Below, one piece after another: positions 44,750 through 57,295 of a stretch of DNA of 64,000 nucleotides. The notes under the pieces are model-generated. The model did no database searches. It had not been told where the DNA came from and saw only the letters and a program-made list of their open reading frames with translations. Origin of the DNA: Lama glama (lineage: Eukaryota); NCBI GenBank assembly GCA_028534125.1, contig CM052817.1, positions 96,102,001-96,166,000 of the forward strand, in the 5' to 3' direction. The first letter of the stretch is position 1. Each line of letters opens with the position of its first letter. A program made the translations under genes and the position numbers.

Positions 44750-45950
44750 TGCTTCTTTAAAAATCATATTTATTGAGCTATAATTTAATAGTAAAATGTA
44801 CCTTCAGGTGTACAGTTCAATTTGAGTAATGAGAAGCATTTATAACGTGTGTAACCGCTGCCAAAGCAAAATGTAGAACATTTCAACAGCTCCCAAGATT
44901 CTTTTTTAATAGTCACTTCCCTTTTTCTACCCCCAGCTATTGGCAGCTACTGATCTGATTTCCATTCTGTAGTTTTGTCTTTTCCAGAACGTTATCTAAA
45001 TGGAACTTTTGTGATTGGCTTCTGCCACTTAGCATTGATGTTCATTTTGTTATATTTAATAATAGTTGCTTTCATTTTATTGCTGAGTTGTATTTCATTT
45101 CATGAATATACTACAATTTGCTAATTCATTCACCATTGATGAACATTTGGGTCATTTCCAGCTTTTGGGCTATTATGATTAAAATTGCTATAAATATTCA
45201 CACACAGGCCTTTGTGTGGACAAACGTTTTCATTTCTCTTAGGTAAATACCTAAGAATGGGTTGCTGGTCATGTGGTGTGTGGTTAAATTGATAAGAAAC
45301 TGCTAAACTCTTTCCCAAAGCAGCTGTACAGTTTTGTATTTCCATTACTGATTTTGAGAATTCTGGTTGCTCTAGCATTTGGTATGTTCAGACGTTTAAA
45401 TTTTAGTTATTTCAGTAGGCGTGTAGTGATAGCTCATTGTGGTTTTAATTCGCATTTCTCTAATGACTAATGGTGTTGAGAATCTTTTCAGGTGCTCATT
45501 TGCTATATGTATACCTTCTTTGGTGAAATGCCTGTTCAAATCTTTTGCCTATTTCTTAAATTGCATTCTTTATCTTGTTACTGAGTTATGAGAGTTCTTT
45601 ATAAAATATCAATACAAATTCTTATCAGACAGATGTTTCGCAAATATTTTCTCCTGTTCCTAAATTTCCTTTACATTTGTTGATGGCTTCCTTTGCTGTA
45701 CAGAAGCTTTTTAGTTTGAAGTAGTCTCATTGTTTAGTTTGCTTTTGTTTTGTTGCCTTTGCTTTCGTGTCAATTCCAAAAAATTCATCATCAAGACTGA
45801 CGTCAAGGAGCTTACCCACTGTGTTTTCTTCTAGGAGTTTTATGATTTCAAGTCTTGCATTGAACTTCTAATCCATTTAAAGTTAATTTTGGTGTCTGGT
45901 GTAAGACAGTGATTCAGTTTCATTCTTTTGCGTATGCCTGTCCAGTCTTA
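44750..45950 (-). mobile_element. Old LINE-1 (L1MB/L1MC type), 3' UTR plus ORF2 end
   Basis: TTTATTGAGCTATAATTTA..CATTCACCATTGATGAACATTTGGG..CTCATTGTGGTTTTAATTCGCATTTCTCTAATGACTAATG..TTTTCTTCTAGGAGTTTTATG. Confidence 0.85.
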
Positions 45951-46704
45951 TTGGAGTGACTTACTGGACTGCCTGTCTTATTGGATACACTTGGAACACT
46001 TATTGGAACATCTTACATTTATAACTATTTTAAACTAATAACAACTTTTAAATTCAAATGCTATGCTTTGTTCTTTTCCTATTACGTTTTCTTTCTCTTT
46101 TTCTTCTGTTCCTTTTCTTGTGTCTCCTTTTCTTCTTTTCCCTTTCTTCTTTCTCCTCTGTTCTTTATGAATCTTTTTAAAAAATAATTTGTGTTTTATG
46201 AGCATTAGCTTTTGTTGTTGTTGTAAATCCTTCTCCTGCTCTGTTATTGGTGTTTTAACTTTGTTAACTTTTCACTCTATGAATATTTTTAACGTAGTCA
46301 CATATGTTGTAGTCATTGTCTATTCTGTACCTGACCTTGATTTTTTAGTTAGGAAGGTGTTCCCCAAACACAGTCCTCTATTTGATTCCGGGTTACTTAT
46401 AATTCTATCTGATTAGATGATGTAAGGTAGGGAACACATTACAGATTTTGCTCCTTTAAAGATAAACAATGGTTTCAGCACATCAATTACATATGCCATC
46501 CTTTCCCAATTGTTTTGAAATACTACCTTTATCATAAATTAAATTTTTATATATAACTGTGGCTGTTTCTGAGTGTTCTTTGTTCCATTGACCTGTTGGT
46601 CTGTTCCTGACCAGCACTACCCTTTAAATGCTTGTTTAAATACCTGTTTCTGGCTACAACAGGAAAATTCTGGAAAAAAGAGACCTGGAGATTGCTATAG
46701 AAGG

Positions 46705-47040
46705 TGTCAAAAGAGACGCTCAGACATTAAAACGTTTTAAAGAGATATTTAAGCAAAAATCAACCTGAATCATGGCAAACTGGAAGATTTTAGGAGCACT
46801 CCACTGACAGGAGCTTGGGGCAAGACTTTTACAAAAGCAAGGAAACTATTTGATTAGCTACAGCTCAAGTAGTTGCTTTATTTGGAAAATCCCAGTTGGT
46901 TGTTTATGATCGACTGTCTTTAGATTTTGATTTCTTAACCTTGAGGCATGTATAGGCTTAGGTTTTGGCTTGCTTATGCAGGCCACTGAGATATTAGAAC
47001 CACCTTCAGTCTAATGGCCTCCTTGTTTGTTAATTTAACA
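46705..47040 (-). mobile_element. Solo LTR, ERV1-like (336 bp)
   Basis: TG...CA termini with the 4-bp TSD AAGG on both sides; reverse strand starts TGTTAAATTAACAAACAAGGAGGCCATTAGACTG. Confidence 0.7.
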
Positions 47041-47691
47041 AAGGTGTCTTCTCAGAGAACTCCCTTAACCACTTTATTTCTCTGTCTCAACATTTTGCAA
47101 GACTTGAGGGAGATATCTGGGGTTTCCTTGAAGAGATAAAGATACTTTAATTCTAATCTTAGGGCAAAACAAAACATGGAAGTCTGTGTGTATGGCAAAA
47201 AATAATTCAGGAGTCAGCAATGCTGTGCAAATTGGTGCTAGTGATTTAATAAATAACAAAGGATGACTCTTCTATGTTTCCATATACTCATCTACAGTTT
47301 TTGGTGTTTGCACTGAATCATCTCCTTGAGCAGAAGGCTGATGCTTCACTAGCACGTGGAAGCAGTATGACTCCACGCTGCAGTGCTCTAGGGTTAGCCC
47401 CAACCTTTAATCATGAGGAATTCAAAGGAACTAGAATTAAAGTGTATGTTGACCAAGGTTAAGTATGAGCAAAAGTCTTTATTTTTGGTAAAGTACTTCA
47501 TTTGTGGATTCCCCTAGACCTGCAAATCTCTAGATATTGTACACTTAATTATTTCAGCAATGCCCCCTCATTTTGTAAGGCATATTAGGGGGAGGAACTG
47601 AGACTGAAGGATTTTCATAGCCTTTTTAACATTGGTATGGAGACATGATATACTATCAGTTAAAAGTATCATAAAATATACTTTTACATAG

Positions 47692-48612
47692 TGTGATGTT
47701 GTAATATAATAAGAAATACATATGTGGTCTCCATCTCTGGTTTCTGGCACAGAGCTCCTAATGTAATACAGTAAATTAACATTAGTTTTTTGTCCCTGGC
47801 AACTCTGGAGAGAAGGATAAAGTTGAATAAAGCATCTTTTGTCATTAATAACAAGACCCTCTCAACCATGCTTCCATTTATGTTAATAAGGTGACTTTTG
47901 GAAAGCCCATGAGAACTGGGTCGGGGGGTGGGTGGTGGGCTGGTTTCCAAGGGAGCCAACCATGTGATTAGAGGCTTGGAACTTCCTGCTCTACACCCTG
48001 ACCTCTGGGGAGGGAGAGGTTGGAAGTTGGGTTAATCCCCAATCATCAATGATTCAACCCATCATGCCTAGGTAATAAAGCCTCCATAAAAATCCTAACT
48101 GAAAGGGTTTGGGGAGCTCCTGGACTGGTGAATGAACTGCGGTCTGGGAGGGTGCCCCACCTTGGGAGGGCACGACAGCTCTGCACCCCTTCCCCATACC
48201 TTGCCCTGTGTGTCTCTTTTACTTGTCTGCCCATCTATATCTTTGTTATATTCTTTGTACTAAACTGGCAAGTGTAAGTACCCGTTTCTCTGAGTTCTGT
48301 GAACTGTTATAGCAAATTACAGAAGTTGAAGGGGGGGTTGTGGGAATCCTCGGTTTGTAGCCAACTCAGCCAGAAGTACAAGTGACAACCTGGGACTTGG
48401 AATTGGCGTATGAAGTGGGGGAAGGTCTCGTGGAACTGATCCCTTAATATGTGGAGTCTGTGCTAACTCCTGGCTCTTAGTGTCAGAATCAAGTTAAATT
48501 GTAAGACATTCCAGTCCGTGTCCGCTGAGAACTGAAGAATTGCTTGGTGTGGAAAGATGCACACATTTGGTGTCAGAAGTGGTATAAGCAGAGGAAACAG
48601 TTTCCCTTTACT
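47692..48612 (+). mobile_element. MER21-like LTR
   Basis: Starts TGTGATGTTGTAATATAATAAGAAATACATATGTGGTCTC..CTGGCACAGAGCTCCTAA; ends ..CACATTTGGTGTCAGAAGTG; matches recalled MER21C. Confidence 0.75.
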
Positions 48613-49201
48613 GAGGTAAAGCAAACTGTTTTGAATATTGCTTATCAATATACTAGTCTTTATTGCCTATAATCCTTTTATTCATGTTGAAAAGCTTCAA
48701 GAGAATTTTAGCAGATTTTTTCCTACATTTATCCACCACAGATTCTCTTAAGCTTAAAATGATCTTCTCATTAGACAGAACCACATTTTGACTCTATAGT
48801 AGCACTCTTTCTTGTAGAATAGTGGAAAAAGAGGGAAATTTTACAGTTCATTTTATAGATAATTATTGACATTTCTAGGCCTTTGGGGTATACTTTTGAT
48901 GTTTAAACATGGATTTGGATGTCTTAGACTAAATTTGTAGTAGCAAATTGCCATACAAAATCCAATGAAAACACAGTCATAGTTTTATTATAATTCTATC
49001 TGTATTATTTGTAACATATCCTTATTATTGGGATATAATTGAAGATGAAGGTGATATGATAAAGTTCTTCTTGCTTAGCACTGAGTCAAAAGCTGGTTTA
49101 AGTCTTTTTTTTGATTATCTGGAAATCTGAAATAAAATACATTATAAAATTAAATTTTATACTGGGCTAGAAAGTAAAAGACCCTTGCTTTTAAGATATT
49201 A

Positions 49202-49426
49202 CAGTTGACCCTTGAACAACAAGGGTTGGAACTGCAGGGGTCCACTTCTATGGGGATTTTTTTCAGTGGTAACTACTACAGTACTGCATGATCTGTGTCT
49301 GGTTGAATCCATCGATGCAGTACTCAGGATACAGAGGAACCAAGGGCTGGATATCAATTATATGCATATTTTTTACTTCAAGGAGGGTCCGCACCCCCAA
49401 CCTCCAAGTTCTTCAAGGAGTAATTT
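49202..49426 (+). mobile_element. Tigger2/MER8-like non-autonomous TcMar element
   Basis: TA-CAGTTGACCCTTGAACAAC left TIR; degenerate right TIR TTCAAGGAGTAATTT. Confidence 0.75.
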
Positions 49427-49852
49427 TCCGACACTGCTTAAAACATTAAAACTATTCAAACTTGTGTAATATTTAAAAGTAAATCTTGATTTGTTTAAAA
49501 ACAGTGTTTCGGTATTAGTTTATCAAGTTAGATGAAGTTACTCCTTTTGTGTCTGGAGAATTGCATTATACTTAGTATCTTGCATAATGTGGATAAATAG
49601 AAACTTTAACTTGATTTACCATACCCATTGAGATCTTCTGAGTGCTCTGAGGTTTGACATAAACCTTCCATTGTGGATCTTCTAGACTCTCCTAAAGAAA
49701 AAAAAAAGAGGTATAAATTTAATGGTTTATCACAAGTACAGTTGACAGTTATTTTATTTTGAGTTTGAACATGGGAATCCCTTTTCAGGGATATCTACCC
49801 CTATCACCTGTATGATAAAAGTGAAAATATCACCTGTGTCACCAGGGAAGGT

Positions 49853-50350
49853 TGTGTTGGTCAAAGATGGCCTCATGATATCTCTCACTCTACATGTTCC
49901 TCAATAGTGTGACCTTACCACACCCCCTTGAAAAGGTGGAATCTAACTCCTGCCATCTTCAAATTGGGTTAGGCTTAGGACTCTTTTGTAATCAATAGCA
50001 TGTGGAGGAAGTAACTACATGACTTGTGAAGCTAGATCAGAAAAGGCCATGCAGCTTCCATCTGGCTCTCTCAGGATGCTTGCTTTGGAAGAATCCAGTC
50101 ACCATATAGGAAGTCCTACCACCCTGAGATTGCTATCCTGGAAAGGCCATGTACTGATGATCCAGTTGACAGTCCCAGCTGAGCCCAGCCTTCCAGCCAT
50201 CCCACCAGAGCTCCAGCCTGTGAGTCAAGTTGTCTTGGTCCTTCAAACCTGCCCATCTGTCAGGTGAGTATCATCACTGGGTACCCTCAACTGATGTCTA
50301 ACCAAGGCATGCTCAAATTCCTAACCCACAGAGTTACTGTGATGTATGAA
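49853..50350 (+). mobile_element. MLT1 (MaLR) LTR
   Basis: AAAGATGGCC..GAAGCTAGATCAGAAAAGGCCATGCAGCTTCC..CCCAGCTGAGCCCAGCCTTCCAGCCATCCC. Confidence 0.7.
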
Positions 50351-50699
50351 ATGGCACCTAGAACAGTCACTGCCTGGGAATAAGATGACTTGTTACTAAT
50401 TGTCAGAAGGACAATTAACTCAGAGAGCAATATAAAGTATCCAAATGATCAAATAAGATATGGGAAGTGTGTATATAATTAGACATGTTAATTTGTTACT
50501 TAATTTTTATATCTTCCCTTCTCCTTTTGACTTGAATGCACCAGGACTTACCTAATAGGATGCTCTTTATCCTTGCTTATGATGGACCTCCAGGTCCCCG
50601 TCATTCCCTGAGTTCTACTTTTTGTAACGCTCTACACATTTCCTATTTTGTTCCCATCTACCCACCACAACTCCTGAAACATTTCCACTGTATTCTCAC

Positions 50700-52610
50700 T
50701 CTATTTTCTGAAGTCCCCTTTACCTTCTGGATCTAACAGAAACTTGTCCTTTGAGGACACTGACAGCCTAGAAGCCCTTTTTGTTTTTCTTTTCCTCAGT
50801 CCTGTTACCATTGGACTTGGAGGTCAGAGGTGTCCTCCTCCCTACTGTATCTCTTTCAGGGCATTTGCCTTCTCCTTTTCCCTTCCTAAAACTTACATTA
50901 TCCGTTTATATAATCAACTATTGCTGCGATCAACCTACAACTGGTGTCATTCTCAGCTGATTTTATCATTGGCTCATTGTCACTTTCCCACCACTTTAAT
51001 TTAGCAATTTAAATGTGCATGTAGAAGATTCTTTCACCCTGGGTCTCAATTCCTTGAACTCTATGCTTTTAGATCTTGTCCGTTACCTTACTGCAGCCAT
51101 TAATTCCCATGCTCACTCTTAGACTTTGTCATTACCATTAACTGCAAGCCCCTCTCCAACTCAGTTTCCTGCATTCAGCTAGTTGACTGCCAGCTTTTAC
51201 CCTTTCTGGATAACTCCCTCTATTACCCCAACACCAGCAATTCCTTAGCCCCACTGGAACTTCCAATTCTACCATCTTTTCATTGTTCCTCCCTATCTTG
51301 ATTTCTTCTTTCCCCTCTTCATATCATTTAAATTCCATGGTCATTCATGGTTTGCATATAGGCTGACTTCTTTGTCCTTTTCTCACTTTGTTATACTCAC
51401 TTGACTAGTATAACCCTAGTTAAATCCAACTGTCTGCCTAGTCCTCTCCTATATGTTAAGGCTCAGTGTGGTTGGAAAACAAACCAATGGTCCTCACTTA
51501 AAATTCACAGTCACAGAGAATGTTGTATTTTGACAGGGGCGGCACTGGATCTGTAGATTGCTTTCGGTAGTAAGGCCATTTTGATAATGTTGATTCTTCC
51601 AATCCAAGAGAACAAGGTATCTTTCCATTTCTTTGCATCATCTTCAATTTCCTTCATCAATGTTTTACAGTTTTCACAGCATAGGTAACCTCTTTGGTTA
51701 AGTTTATTTCTAGGTATTTTGTTGTTTTTGATGCAATGGAAATGTTTATGCCAGTTATAAAATTCTGGTTTTCAAAGTGAAAAAAAAAAGTGAATGAAGG
51801 ACTACAAATGGCAAAATATCCTTCTTTCTTATGGGTGAGTTGTTTTCCACAACATTTTTATGCTGCATTTCTTTATCCATTCATCTACTGATGTACACTT
51901 AGGATGCTTCCGTATCTTGGCACTTATAAATAATGTTGCTGTTAATAGTGGGGTGTATCTTTTTGAATTAATTCTTATTTTGTGGTTGGCTTCATTCCTT
52001 TGATAACTATGTAAGTTTAAAAAGCTAAAGCTCTAAACGTTCTTAGAAACAATGAACAGTACATATATGTAAATTTAAAAAAAAGGTGCAGTATATTGTG
52101 TATATGTATTTATATGCAATATAGTGTGTACATGCAGTCAAATTGTAACAATTCTACCTAATAAACTGAAAAATGAAAACAAAATTCATGGTCACAGACA
52201 TTAGGAAGCCCTTAATACTTTCAGGCCATCCTATTAAACATTTCGAGTCCACTCATTCTTTTGCTTTCCTAGATGACTGATTTACTCTTTCTTCCATTTT
52301 CTCAAACCTCCAACCCTCCATATGCATCATTATTCTCAGCTGATTCTTTACTTTCCAGTTTCAGAGAGGAAATAAAACATAGCTGGAAAAGGCTTCCACA
52401 GGCTCCGTGTCAAGAGTTACTGACTTACTTGTTCCTGTTTGATACACTCCGTATTCCCCATGCTCCCATGTAAGGCCAACTCCTCTCCTTCTTCGCTAGG
52501 TCTCTTCCTCTCTTGCCTACACAAGACATGGCTCCAGTAATTCCTTCTGCCTTTCACTTACCAGGGTTTTTGTTTTTTGCACTCTACTAGATCTTCCCCT
52601 TCAGCATATA
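50700..52610 (+). mobile_element. LINE-2 body fragments, split by the insertion at 51518-52180
   Basis: CT-rich degenerate L2-like sequence on both sides of an 18-bp TSD. Confidence 0.5.
51518..52180 (+). mobile_element. Composite retro-insertion containing antisense L1 pieces
   Basis: TSD AAAATTCA(CA/TG)GTCACAGA at 51500-51517 and 52181-52198; AATAAA and A-rich tail at the right end. Confidence 0.65.
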
Positions 52611-52614
52611 CATA

Positions 52615-53203
52615 TTTGGTTGAAGCCACGTGAGTTAAGTTCTCACCAATGAATGTGGACAGAATGATACATCCTCCTCCAGGTCTGAGTGTTAGGCATT
52701 GGGCATCCATTGCCTAACATTCCTGTTTCCTCAATCTTGAACATGGAAAACTATGATTTCGTTTCTACCATGCAGACAATGACAACATCCAAGTCAACGG
52801 TTCTCAGTGGGGATGGCTTTGCTCCACAGGGAAGATTTGGACATATCTGGAGATATTTTTGTTGTCAACACTGGTAGGTGTAAGTGCTCTTGGCATCCAG
52901 TGGGTAGAGGGCAGGGATGCTATTAAATACCCTACAGTGCTCATGAGAGCCATTCCCCATCCTTCTCCTCAACAAAAAGAAATCATCTGGTTCAAAATTT
53001 CAATAGTGCAATATTGAGAAACCCTGCCCTAGGGGATGGTGGAGCAATAAGATGGAAGGTCATGCCCCCTGAATGCCTGTGGGACTAGCTTGTAAATGTC
53101 AACGGCTCACTTCAGGGTTGCGGGAGAAACAAACTTCTATACTTTTAAGCTACTGTACTTTTGGGACTCTGAAATAGAAGCTTAGCCTTTACCTTAACTA
53201 ATA
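52615..53203 (+). mobile_element. Old MLT1 LTR interrupted by MER20
   Basis: GCCACGTGAGTTAAGTTCTCACCAATG on the left; GAGAAACAAACTTCTAT..TTAAGCTACTG..TTAACTAATA on the right. Confidence 0.55.
52795..53026 (+). mobile_element. MER20 DNA transposon
   Basis: GGTTCTCA..TCTGGAGATATTTTTGTTGTCA..TGGCATCCAGTGGGTAGAGGGCAGGGATGCT..TTGAGAAACCCTG. Confidence 0.85.
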
Positions 53204-55784
53204 TATTCTATCACTCTTTGAGGTAAAGAACTACTGCGGGCTTCTCAGTTTAATAGTTTCATTGCACGACAATAAATAGAACCACCCTGACACCCTGCCG
53301 CCTATTTGATACTATCTAATGTCTTAAACAGCATTCCCTTTGGTTTGGAAGGATGGAACAATATTTCTTAAGCTGGAGAAGTCATTCCTAGGTTTTCCAA
53401 GTTTGAAATTATGCTTGGTTGGTCTCAAATAATCGCTTAGCATTCATTCCCCAGATGTTGTGCAGAGGTGATTTTTTTTTTATTGTGGAATATTTCCCAA
53501 GTAGATTCTCTGAGAAAGCTAGCTGTATTTGGAGTTATTCTTTTACTCAACTTGGGCCACAGCTGCTAGTTTACATAAAAGATATTCACACCCGCTGTGT
53601 TAGGAAACCTTAGCAAAGGTGAATTTACACAGGGGAACAGCTGAAGTCCTCACTCAGGTGTTCTCAGGCTTCTGTTCATCTGCAGCAAAGTGAGCATCGT
53701 GGGATTGTTGCATCTTGGTTCCATCTTGCAAAAGCACTCATTTTGATTCCTAACCCAGGTTTCCTACTGTAGGTCTGACTTAGGATATGATTTGAGATAT
53801 TTGATCTGTAAGGTCTTCAAGGAAGCTGGAAGATTAGAACCCATATCACTCCAGCAAGGGGGACCAGAACCAGTGCACAGTTGGGACTATGGTATTTGCT
53901 TACACTGCCTACCATTCCAGTAGAAACAAGTACTTCCCTGTTGCTAATAGTAACAACTCTCAAAGGGCAGATTCCCACAAGTGGGCAATAAAAGGATCTC
54001 ATTTTACCATCTTTTAGCCTACCTTGTACTAAAGAGCAGTAGAACAAGTCAACGATGCTGAACTGTAATAAGCCTACAATCCCATCCCTTTACTTGAAAA
54101 CAATGTTAACATAATTTTTATATAATACAGTATTATATATAAATGAGATTTTGAAAGCGTTATCTGTAGGGGAGTATAAATTGAAATGGAAAGGATGCTA
54201 CCTGGTAGTTTTGTGACTGAAAAGGCAAATGAATTTTTATAATTTTGTCATGCAAAACATTTTTAGTGGCCTTACTAAAAAAGGGTAAATAATAACTCAT
54301 ACATAAAGGCTGTGTCAGAGTTTATAGACTAGACCCCGGTAATGGATTCAACCTTTCCACAACAAATCAAAAGTATTGTTGTGCGCGCACATGAATATAC
54401 AGCAGTTATTACCTTAAATTTAAAACTCACTGTACGCAGCAAGCGCACAGAGCAGGAGATGAAGGCGGTATTGTATCAGTGTGGTCTGCAGAGAATTTCT
54501 TCATAAGGTTTTTGCCTTTTTGAAATATGTGTTGCAGTTCAAAGCTAAAGGCGTTACTTCTGAATAGTCATCACAGAGGTTGATTACGTTCGTATATTAT
54601 ATTTAGCTGGACCCTGCAGGCTATTACTCCATTAGCTATGCTGGTCCTGCTACTGTCAAAAAGTTGATCATCTAATGTTAAAAGGCTTTCTGTTGACCTT
54701 ATCAAAATCTCTCAAAAGGTTCTGTCAAAAAAAATAAAATTCAGATTGTGTTTTATGAAAATGATTAAGAATAAATACCAGGTCTAAAAAAGTGTTCATA
54801 TCTTATGGGTGACTCTAGCATTAGGCCATTATTAATGATGAGATTATATTTTGCTTTAGTATTTCAGGACATTTTACTTAAAGACGTAGATTCAATTTTA
54901 GTAGAAATAGTTCTTTTTCAGGCTGATAGTAGAGTCTCAGAAACTGACATGGGAAAGAAGAAGAGAAGTCTCTCCCCTCGATGTATTCAAATCGTATAAA
55001 ATTAACACCATCGAAGTAAGCCCAGTATATCAATATTAATACAGCAGCTTATTACGACATGGTTTTAGAAGGTGTTTGTACTGACGAGAACAGAGTATAT
55101 ACACTAAAAATTTGTTATTCACACTTGATAATCAGAAAATCACTTTAAATAAATAAATTAAAATTTAACTATTTACTCTTTAGACTGTGGTTATGTAGTT
55201 GGTTATATAGTTTCATTCATTTAATCGTTAACAGTTGAAAAATTTTAAAGAGATGAGCTGAATATATATTCTTACAAACCTTGAGTCCAATTGCCAATAT
55301 AAGGCATATTTTGATAAATTTGACTTTTAATCATGTTATTCTGAATTAGCTACAGATTAAGTAATAAATGAAAATATATCTTTGACAAAGATATTGACAG
55401 GCATGGCTTTATTTTTTAAAATAACATATAACAGTGTCACTAGAATCACAGTATAAAAGCTGTCCTTCGGGAACAAAGATGATTTTGAAGCTATCTCAGT
55501 TGAACAGCTAGCCTTTGAATTATGTCCCCAGAAGTGGTGATGGATTGGCACAGACTCATGTGTCCTTTCTGGCATGGTCCTCCTGGTGACTGATGGTGTG
55601 TAAAATGGCCGGTCAGGGGTACAGCCTGTGAGCCTGGAGGACAGCCAGACACACATTTTGGCCTCATTAGCACTGTTCTCTAATCAACTGAACTCTTCAG
55701 CAAGTGCAAGTTTCCTGATATTTCTTGCACTTGTTTGCCTTTAGCCACCCAGCTTGATACTCACAATAGAAGAGAAGTGAGCAT

Positions 55785-56260
55785 CAGTCAGGATGAAACA
55801 GATGGCACATTCGACTGGGATTCTGAAGGGACTTTAATGAAGGAACTACTGAGAGATGAGGGCAGGGCTGGAGAATGACAAGGGGTCCTGAGGCACCCAT
55901 GGACTCGCGATGGAAGGATGTTATGCCATTATCCTCCCCAGGCTGAGGGTAAAGGGGGAGAGGATGGCTTTACTGGACCCTGAGTGAGAGATGGAAATTT
56001 CGAAAAGGGCTCATCCATTTGCATCTAGAAGCAGCGGTGGTAGAGTGTCACAGCTGTCAGAACTGAGCTGAAGTCAGGGGCAAAGGAATAATTCCTGACC
56101 TCTCCACCTTCCTAACCTCTGATCTCCTGCTGGTGACTCCTTTTGGATAAATCCAAACCAGGAAGACATAAGGCAATAGAAGACAAGTGAACCTTCAGAT
56201 GCAGTCTGAAGTCAGTTTCCTGGGACACAGAGCAGACAAAGTGGGAGAATGGATCTTGTG
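55785..56260 (-). mobile_element. Old ERVL-type LTR (LTR41/LTR33-like)
   Basis: AAACAGATGGCACATTC..CCTCTGATCTCCTGCTGGTG..AAATCCAAACCAGGAAG resembles recalled consensus. Confidence 0.45.
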
Positions 56261-57189
56261 TGTGTGTGTGAAATCACATACCATAATCACAAAGTGCAAA
56301 TGTTGCCACTTTGGTTGTGTGAAGCATGGCTTAAATGTCAACGTACTTGATGCTAACAAATGACTTGATGCTTCTCTTTTCCTTGTCTTTCTTTTCTTCT
56401 TTCCCTTTCTCCTTTTTCTTATTTTTTTTGGGGGGGGTGAGGGGTAATGTTGGTTTGTCATTCATGGCACTTCTCATTTTACAGTCTATAAAAATTCTGT
56501 GAACCAAAGCCTGAGATTACAGAGTTAATCTCGCTTTACAAAAAAAAAAAAAAAAAGCTAGGTTTCTTGTTAATACTTTACTACTCTTTGTTAACAAACA
56601 AAAAGGTAATCTGTTCTGTGTTTTAAATTAGAAATCATGATGTGGTTATTCTATATCTGAGGAGTATAAAAGTCAAGACTTAAACACTTGTAAAGCAGGA
56701 CACATCTTTCAAGTTGGGCAGATTCTCTTAAGTGTCAAAAACTGATATGTGGTCTTTCAAACTACAGGTTCTGGTATATAGCAATTCCCTTTTCAAAGGC
56801 TTTTGTTACTATTTGAAGCTTACTGAAATCTATACAAGGATCAGAAGTATATTTGAGCTCAAAATTATAGGTTCTTTTTTCCCCTTTAGAATCATTATCT
56901 TAAATAGAGCTGGACTGGGATGAAGCATTGAAGAGACCACACTGAGGCAGAATTATACCGAATTTCTCCTTCTGGATACCTAACCCTTTAATGAGAGTAT
57001 CTGAGTCATATCTATCAATCTACTCAGACACTGAATACTTTCTTAAGACAAATAAATACAGTGGTGTCTTCACATAGTTTTTAAAATTTCTATTAATGCT
57101 ACATTACAAATTCTGCATTTTTTCTAGTCAAGATGCAGTAACTTAAGTCAGATAAACCTCTTTCCTGAAACAACTTCCCCTTCCAAAAG

Positions 57190-57295
57190 AACCCCCTAAA
57201 TCTCAGACCCCACTCTAGACCTGGTAAATCAGAATCTGCATTTTAAAAGGGTACCAAGGTCGTACGTTTGCTCACAAAAGTTTGAGACTTACTGT
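57190..57295. mobile_element. MER5-family fragment
   Basis: CCCCACTCTAGACCT..AATCAGAATCTGCATTTTAA..AAAGTTTGAGA. Confidence 0.55.
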
